DNA of 64,000 nt from Octopus bimaculoides (lineage: Eukaryota). The first letter of the stretch is position 1. The number at the start of each line of letters is the position of its first letter. Shown here piece after piece: positions 52,001 through 61,438 of this stretch. The notes under the pieces are model-generated. The model was not told the DNA's origin and ran no database searches. It was given only the letters and a program-made list of their open reading frames with translations. Location: assembly GCF_001194135.2 (NCBI RefSeq), contig NC_068981.1, positions 159,677,188 through 159,741,187 on the forward strand. Reading direction: 5' to 3'. A program made the position numbers and the translations under genes.

Positions 52001-55000
52001 GTAAACATGAAAGTGATTGTTATAAAAGCACAACAGGAGTACTGAAGAGGCAAGTTTATGGCAGTATTGTAGGGCACTGAACTGTTAGGCTGGTTAAACT
52101 AACCTCCAAATGGACCAGAACTGGTATGAAATAATGAGTGGAGTGGCCAGCTTTACCTAGTAATAGGTGAGAAGGAACTATTTCTGAAGTCAGACAAAGG
52201 TAGCAAATACATCACATCATACTTTATTCTAATTACAATTTGATTAGATCATTCTTCAGTTGCTTGTGAAAAGGAAGCATTCTAATGCATGGTACTATAG
52301 GCATGCCATGGCTGCTGATACACCAACATGTGCATGAGCTGCACCACTTATAGAGATTCCTTGATGATTCCTATGTGGATGCTGTTTCTAAGGCACATCT
52401 TTCTGCACCTCATTTTGTCGATAGGTCTGCAATCCTGGGTGGGCACCTGACATCTTGAATATCAATAGATGCTCACTACCCATTACCACTCAAACATTGA
52501 GATTGGTGGAAATTCCAATCTAGCAATACATAGAGGATTAGTAGTAAACCTTCTTGGAGAAACTGGGTATTGACAAAAGTGAACTGGCTAGTCTGTTCTG
52601 AACTGGAGACTACTGTGAATAATTTCCAGAAATCCTTAGCCTGACAGGGAGCACTGCTGGATTAAAATAAACTCTACAAGCATAGAAATGCTGCCAGAGA
52701 AGCAGTCAGAGGAATAAAACTGTTCTGCATACACTTGTTCAATGTTCAAGTATTGCTGACTTGTAGAGTTATATCAAGCGACTGCTGTCACATGTGGGAT
52801 AGATCTGGCTATCAGTCAAGTCCATTCATGATGATTCTCTCCATTCCTGACTGCCTCTAACCAGACAGGGAAGGCAACCTTCCTCTGTCTGGTAGCTATA
52901 GTGAAAAAGGTTGTGTGGGTGGAAGGTCTGAGGACAGACAATCTCTCTTTGGTAGAACCCACCTTGACACAATCAAGTTTTGCTTGAAAAGCAATATTAG
53001 GTTGGGAAGGGAGCTGTTACACCCAAGTGAATTCATAGTAAGATGGGTGAGAATTGCATAAAGGGTAAGAATGGATAAGACTGATCTAAATTTACACCTG
53101 TATACAAAAGATACAAGAGAGATGGCGAGAACATTTGCCCTTGGTGTTCTGAGTGATCTTGAATCTGTGAGGAGGCTCCTTGATTGGCCATAGATGTATC
53201 AGAGGGACTGCATCATCATCATCATTCTTCATTATTTATATACTATATATACTTGTATTTCATGATTTTTTTTTACTTAATTCAATTTTCTATGTAAACC
53301 CCAACAGTTAATGCCTGCTTTTGTAATTGTTTCTCTTCATTTGTTGCACAGGTGGAAAATAAAAGAAATCATTATGGCTATCTTTTTGCATGAATTTCAA
53401 ACAGTAAATAATGAAAGTAACAAACTATTAGAAAGTAAAACAATTACCATTTGAGGATACTGACGCTTTCCAGTTATTCGTCCTGTGCTCGGTGGTGCAC
53501 CTGTTTGAGAAGGCAAAGATTGAGGTGGCATGGACACTGAAAAGATAAGTGGAAAATTCATAATAAAACTATTATTTTAAGATAAAATGAAGTAAAAACA
53601 AACAAAGATATCTAATATATTTACATAAGAAAACAATTCTGCAAAAGTTTTAAAATTTCAGCTATTGCAGCATGCCTTTCATAAGTGCATTCAATACTCT
53701 TGTCTCATTACAACACAACAAAGCAAGAAATAAATGAAAATCATTGTTAGAAATAAAGTTCAATTACATTTTATGCCAGACATTGTTTCTTGAGATCTAG
53801 GTTTAGCAAGACCATGGTGGTATGGAGTTGCAATTGCTACTCAGTTCTTGTAATTTCTAAAAATTTTCAGTACAGACATGCAAATACATATATCTGTATC
53901 TTTTACTTGTTTCGGTCATTAGACTGTGACCATGCTGGAGCAATGCTTTGAAGGATTTTAGTTGAACAAACTGACCCCAATACTTGTATTTTCAGCCAGG
54001 TACTTATTTTATCAATCTCTTCTGCCAAACCACTACACTACTGGGGTGTAAATACACCAACATCAGTTGTCAAGCAGTGGTAGGGGACAAACACAAAGAC
54101 ACACACATATATACAGCAGGCTTCTTTCAGTTTCTGTCTACCAAGTCCACTTACAAGGCTTTGGTCAGCCCAAAGCCATAGTAGAAGACACTTGCCCAAG
54201 GTGCCACGCAGTGGGACTGAACCCAGAACCATGTGGTTGGGAGGTAAGCTTCTTACCACACAGTCATGCCCAATATGCATATACATAAACATACTCATTT
54301 ATACAAAAGGAAAATAATTCCCAGTATATTTTCTTTCTACTGACATATAAAAATAAGAATGCTTACTTGGAGGACCACTTGATGGAGTAAATTGCCCTTC
54401 TAGTGCATCATATGACTGACTAGCAATTGGAGATGGCGCTCGTGAAGATTTCTGTGAAGGTGGGCCTGAAAATGATAAATATATGCTATCAAACATCACC
54501 ATTGAATTGAGAATGAATAGAATGATTATTTAGAAAGAAAAAGCATTAATGACAAAAGAAGGGAAACATTTTAAATGACGTGCAGAGGAATCAGGAAAGC
54601 TAAAAGGATAAAAGTTAAAAAAGGAAGGAAGAACAGATAAAGAAAAAGGTGATGAAAATGAAAATAATAATTAATAGAGAAGCATGACATTCCAAAGGTA
54701 CAAAAAGAAAGTTATAATGAAAGATTCATTAAACATATCTGGTTCTCTCCAGCCAACTAAATTAGAATTATGAACTTCTTTCTTTAAATAACCATGTTAA
54801 TAAACTACTTCATTAAAAGCTAACCAGATAATTCTATAATATTAATAACTACAAGTGACTACATATGATTAGCTGTCAACTGCATATATATTAAGTTTAA
54901 ATTAAAGTGAAACATTATTTTCGTAAGTTCAGAGTGAGTTAGAGTGCTAATAGTGGATTTTCTAACTTTATGGTTATGCTATATTAGCATTTAGGATTTA

Positions 55001-56404
55001 AACCACTAATCTTTTTTTAAATGATACAGAATTTGTTAAAGAAGGAATATTTAGCTGCTACATCAATAAACTGAGTAGTTACTAAAAGCCCACTTACTAA
55101 CAAAAAAAAAAAGGTCAATTAACCACTGAGGATACAAGAACTCCATATTCTTTAAGAAGACCTCCAGAAATACGTCTTCTCAAATGCAGTATCACAGGTA
55201 TCTGTCCTCTCATACAACTTCTTCCATGCAGAACATTCCAATTCTCCAACACTATATACACACAGAAATATTTTTACGTCATACCAGAAACAGGGAAATA
55301 CTAATGACATACAACAATAAACTTATTATAGAGAACACTGTTATAAACAAATTTTGGTTCAAATAAGAACAAAGCACATCGCACCATATACTAATCACAA
55401 GCAAGACTAAAGAATGTTAGTTCAATCCATACATCAGGTTCATTTATCCATTTTTAGGCATCGCATGTAATACATCAACATAATTTATGTGACATAATAA
55501 AGCAAAACTGATATACTGAGTCTATCTCAACTCAGTCCTACCTTGGCTTCCAACACGTTCCTCACAAACCACAGAAGAAAAAAAAATCAGAAAGCAAATT
55601 ATCCAATAAGACATTTGTAAATAGCTCTGCCCTCCCTGTTACTCAGTTCTCCAGCACTAATTCATGAGTTTGATTTTAATTAACACTAACTGAAAAATGT
55701 AAATACAGTCTTGCAATACTTCAGCCACTTAAGCAACCATAAATGAAATATTCATCATGCAAATAGAAACACACAAAGGATAAATCAGTCTTCGTATATA
55801 GCCATAGAGTTAAAACGTTTACTCTTCAACCACATGGCTCAAAGTTTAATCCTATAATGTAGCAGATATCTTCAGTCACAAGCCTTGGGCCAACTAAACC
55901 CTTGTCAGTGAATTTCAGTAGGTAGAAACTGTGTGGAATCCCATCATATATATATATTTATGCAGAGAGACAGACAGACAGACAGATGCACACATGTTCA
56001 TTCATCATTAAACATCCATTTGCCATGCTGGCATGGGTTGGTTGGTTTACCAGGATCCGATGAGTCAGAGGACCACATTATGACCTTCCCAATGTCAATC
56101 ACATTGCAGAGAGTAGTGGGTACTTTTTTGTGGCACCACCACCAGAGAGGATGTCTTGCAATTTGCAAAACTAAAGGGCTTAAAGAAGCCTCTAACGACT
56201 GAAGGAGAAAAGATAAGAGGATGTTGAGGAGGTGGAGAAGCTATGAGGAAGAAACAATGAGAGAAAAAAAAGAGATGGAGGAGTGATGGATGGCAGTAGG
56301 ATATCAACAGGTAGATGAGAAGGGTCATCAGGGATGCAAAGGGCAGCAGGAAATATAGGCTTGGCAGGATATATAAATATATATACAGATGTAAATAACC
56401 ACAC

Positions 56405-56444
<40 letters not shown>

Positions 56445-56445
56445 C

Positions 56446-56476
<31 letters not shown>

Positions 56477-58094
56477 NNNNNNNNNNNNNNNNNNNNNNNN
56501 NNNNNNNNNNNNNNNNNNNNNNNNNNNNNNNNNNNNNNNNNNNNNNNNNNNNNNNNNNNNNNNNNNNNNNNNNNNNNNNNNNNNNNNNNNNNNNNNNNNN
56601 NNNNNNNNNNNNNNNNNNNNNNNNNNNNNNNNNNNNNNNNNNNNNNNNNNNNNNNNNNNNNNNNNNNNNNNNNNNNNNNNNNNNNNNNNNNNNNNNNNNN
56701 NNNNNNNNNNNNNNNNNNNNNNNNNNNNNNNNNNNNNNNNNNNNNNNNNNNNNNNNNNNNNNNNNNNNNNNNNNNNNNNNNNNNNNNNNNNNNNNNNNNN
56801 NNNNNNNNNNNNNNNNNNNNNNNNNNNNNNNNNNNNNNNNNNNNNNNNNNNNNNNNNNNNNNNNNAGAAAGAGAGAGAGAGAGAGAACCAAAAACACATA
56901 TCTAATATGGTTGACTGAAACCAAACTGCTGGCTACTTGCAGTTTCCTTACATGAAGACCCAAATTAAATAACTACAGTATTAAGCACTATTTTAGTTTC
57001 GCGCGTGCATGCGTGTGTGTGTGTGTGCGTGTGTGTGAATAAAGATATATACAAGTTAACTGTTTATGGGAAGATTCAAATATTTCATGATGAAAAGATT
57101 GTGCTTGAAAACCACTGCGTGGTATCCATTTCACAAATATGTATGTTTCTATATGATAAATAGACCTGGAAGGATTAGGAACCAAAATTCACTCAAATCA
57201 CACTCTACAGCCTTAACATGTGCATTTTTATATATGCCAAAGTGAACCCAGTGAAACTGATAAAATAAGGAGAGTAGAAAGTAATAGGATAAATAAACAA
57301 AAATTGTTGAAGATGTCCAGCATGGCTGCAATCCAAAATTTGAAATCCGTAAAAGAATAAAAGATATTTGTGTAGAATAGTGATGCTAATCAAATATTTA
57401 TGACACCTAATGAACAAAAATATAAATACAATATACTGTTTTGAACTGTTACATTCAACAGAAATATAAAGACATGTTCAGAATGCTAAAGATAAAAACT
57501 AACATCGAAGAAATCAAAATATGAATAGAAAGAGAATATTGCTCTATTTCGGGTGGACGTCTTATGTCTAGTTCTGGAAATTATATTTTTAAATCGACAG
57601 ACTACGCTGATGATCCTGCAAATATTTACTTAAGTAAATTTTAACAGGTGAAACCATGGTACGTAGGTTAATCGTTTTTTTTTTTTTTAGTATTTTTTCA
57701 TTTGTCTTGCCCTTTTACAGTCTGTTGTGTCGCTAATTTTTTACTGAGAACATATTTCTTCGTGCTTAGATGATTCGGCATCTATTTCTAGCATATAGGA
57801 GTCCACTTTTGCTGGTCATTCCTCTTATTTTTGTATATATGCTAGACCACTGGTTTTAATTGATTAATATCAATTTCTACCCTTATTAATAAATAGAAAG
57901 AGAATATGTATATAAAATCAACATTACTAACAGGCAAAAAAACAAATCTCTAACAAAGTAATGTCAGATGACAAGCACCAGTGGAGTATGAAAATAGAAA
58001 AAGAATTCGAAAGTATTTGATAAAAACATACATTTGGATTAGGCAGCAACTAAACAAAAAAGAAAGAGAGGTAAACTATCAAATCTGAAGTATA

Positions 58095-58176
<82 letters not shown>

Positions 58177-58191
58177 CATATATATATATAC

Positions 58192-58222
<31 letters not shown>

Positions 58223-58928
58223 CATACATACATATATACATACATACATATATATATACATACATATATATATACATACATATATATATACATACATATA
58301 TATATATATATATATACATACATATATATATACATACATATATATATATATATATACATACATATATNNNNNNNNNNNNNNNNNNNNNNNNNNNNNNNNN
58401 NNNNNNNNNNNNNNNNNNNNNNNNNNNNNNNNNNNNNNNNNNNNNNNNNNNNNNNNNNNNNNNNNNNNNNNNNNNNNNNNNNNNNNNNNNNNNNNNNNNN
58501 NNNNNNNNNNNNNNNNNNNNNNNNNNNNNNNNNNNNNNNNNNNNNNNNNNNNNNNNNNNNNNNNNNNNNNNNNNNNNNNNNNNNNNNNNNNNNNNNNNNN
58601 NNNNNNNNNNNNNNNNNNNNNNNNNNNNNNNNNNNNNNNNNNNNNNNNNNNNNNNNNNNNNNNNNNNNNNNNNNNNNNNNNNNNNNNNNNNNNNNNNNNN
58701 NNNNNNNNNNNNNNNNNNNNNNNNNNNNNNNNNNNNNNNNNNNNNNNNNNNNNNNNNNNNNNNNNNNNNNNNNNNNNNNNNNNNNNNNNNNNNNNNNNNN
58801 NNNNNNNNNNNNNNNNNNNNNNNNNNNNNNNNNNNNNNNNNNNNNNNNNNNNNNNNNNNNNNNNNNNNNNNNNNNNNNNNNNNNNNNNNNNNNNNNNNNN
58901 NNNNNNNNNNNNNNNNNNNNNNNNNNNN

Positions 58929-58977
<49 letters not shown>

Positions 58978-60645
58978 TATGTGTACATACACACTACACG
59001 CATGCATATATATAGATACACATATAGGTATTAAATAAAAATTTGTAATAAAATAAAGCAGCAGCGCAACAAATTAATAAAAATTAGAATATTTAATAAA
59101 TAGCAGGGAGGATTCATTTCAAGCCAAGCTAGAATAGAATCATAGGCAGAAGAACAGCAACAGAATTGGTATTAGCAATAATACAAGCTGGCTAGCAGTT
59201 AGTTTATTTTTTAATTTAATTTTTTTTTTTTGTTGGATTTTTATTTTTATTACTTTTACCCAACCTGAATTGCTGGTAGTCGACAAAAGATTTTTGATTT
59301 GGTGTGAATACTGGGCTTGTCCATGGTAAGGAGCAGGTAACTCCTCAGTAGCCAAACTCGTGGTGATGCTGGGTGGTCTGGCACCCCCTGGCATGGAAAT
59401 AAAAACAGTAGCATGCTACCAATAGGCAAACACATAAAAGCAACATGCAATTATTTTGGGGTTTACAGGGCCAGCACAGCAATAAGAGTAGCAACATATG
59501 CTGCATCATGCTGCATGGATACATATAATGCAATTAAATATTCACTCTTTTGTTTCTATATACACAATACATAATACAGAATTATAGCATGCTCACGAAA
59601 TTATGCAAATATAATTCAAGAACTATTATGTATACTGAGTGGAGTTTATGGCCTAATAACTCAGTTAAAAATCAGTATGCTTTGAACAGTGAAATTATTT
59701 GGGACAGGAAGGTCATTTAAAAAAAAAAAAAATTCACTAACTTGATTAATACATAGTAGCCATTTGTTTGTTACTCATTTCAAAATAAGGGTATAAACAC
59801 AGATTATAAACACAGGTGTAAATATAAACACAGGTGTAAATATAAATACACATTTTTGATGTATATACAAACATACATTAGATGTATGTACAAATACATA
59901 GATATCCATCCAGAATATTCTTTTCTACTCTAGGCACAAGGCCCGAAATTTTGGGGGAGGGGGGTCAGTCAATTAGATCGACCCCAGTAAGCAACTGGTA
60001 CTTAATTTATCGACCCCGAAAGGATGAAAGGCAAAGTCGACCTCAGCAGGATTTGAACTCAGAACGTAAAGACAGATGAAATCCACCCAGAATATTGCAG
60101 AAGCAATATTCTGGATGAGTAACATGGGTTTATTTATATATGCCTCAGTTTACCAAGTGAGAGAATAGGCACTCTATCTTTCTCTGAAAGATTTGGCATG
60201 CCACTGTCAACCTATTTAGAAAGAGGTTTGGTTTAAATTTGTTAAACGTCAAAGAAACTGGAGCTTCTTCTCAGTCCTATGAACACAACAGTCTTGTGAA
60301 CTACTGTTTGTTCTGATCCAAATGTTTGGGAGTTTACGAACAGATTTTTAACTGCCACAATTCTTCAATTGGCATAAAAATAATGCCAGATATAATACAG
60401 TTTAATGAATAGAATTCAAAAGTTCATTTATATGTAAAACAGTTTGGATATAGAAAATTTTCAAACAAAACAAGATATATATAACACATTGATGCCAACA
60501 TGTGTGCATGTGCCTACAGATTAGACTAAAAAGCATAGAGCTGTGTGTATGAGTATGTATCTATGCATAGGATAGGTTGGGTAGGCTAAAATCATGTGTG
60601 CATATATGTGTGAATGTGTGTGTGTGTGTGTGTGTGTATATATAA

Positions 60646-60680
<35 letters not shown>

Positions 60681-61051
60681 ATAAGCTAAAATGTAAATGT
60701 ATTCCCCCATATGAATATTTCAAGGAAATAAAAATCAATTTCTTTCATAATATTTAAATTTATTTTTACCTTGACAAGTTTTTAAAACATCTTATAATTA
60801 TTTATTTAATCTAATGTATAATAAAAACGATTTTCTGCAATTAAACTTGAGAGAACAACTTCAAGAAATACTATTGCATTATATTACATCATGACTTTCA
60901 AATGGTAAGATTTTAATAAAATGACCATTACTAAAAACTTTAATGTCCTTCTTCAATACTACACTGCTCTCACTCCCTCCTTTATTACATTTATAGCAGA
61001 CTATTCTTCAATCACTCAAACTGACCTATTGCATATACTTCTCTGAATTTC

Positions 61052-61111
<60 letters not shown>

Positions 61112-61305
61112 ATCACCATCATCATTAACGTACATTTTCCATGGTGGTATGGGTTGAATGGTTTGACAGGAGCTGGAGAGCTTCCAAGGCTCCAACTGTT
61201 TGTTTTGGCATGGCTTTTACACCTGGATGCCCTTCCTAAAGTGAACCACTTTACAAAGTATACTGGAAGCTTATTGTGTGGCACCAGTGCATAAAATAGA
61301 CATAT

Positions 61306-61336
<31 letters not shown>

Positions 61337-61365
61337 ATCGTATATATATATATATATATATAATC

Positions 61366-61438
<73 letters not shown>

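Noticed and set aside
55542-55560. Possible minus-strand microexon (polypyrimidine tract, GAG acceptor, 19 nt, GTAGGA donor) between exons 2 and 3
   Set aside because: 19 nt would shift the frame between two phase 1 junctions, and GAG acceptors are rare.
57540-57690. Non-repetitive, CpG-containing intronic block with plus-strand AG...GT around GTGAAACCATG
   Set aside because: No partner exons, ORF or recognisable ncRNA motif, so there is nothing to support a feature without a database search.
59800-59850. 18-bp tandem repeat containing CAGGTG E-boxes
   Set aside because: Only about two copies, with no other evidence of regulatory function.
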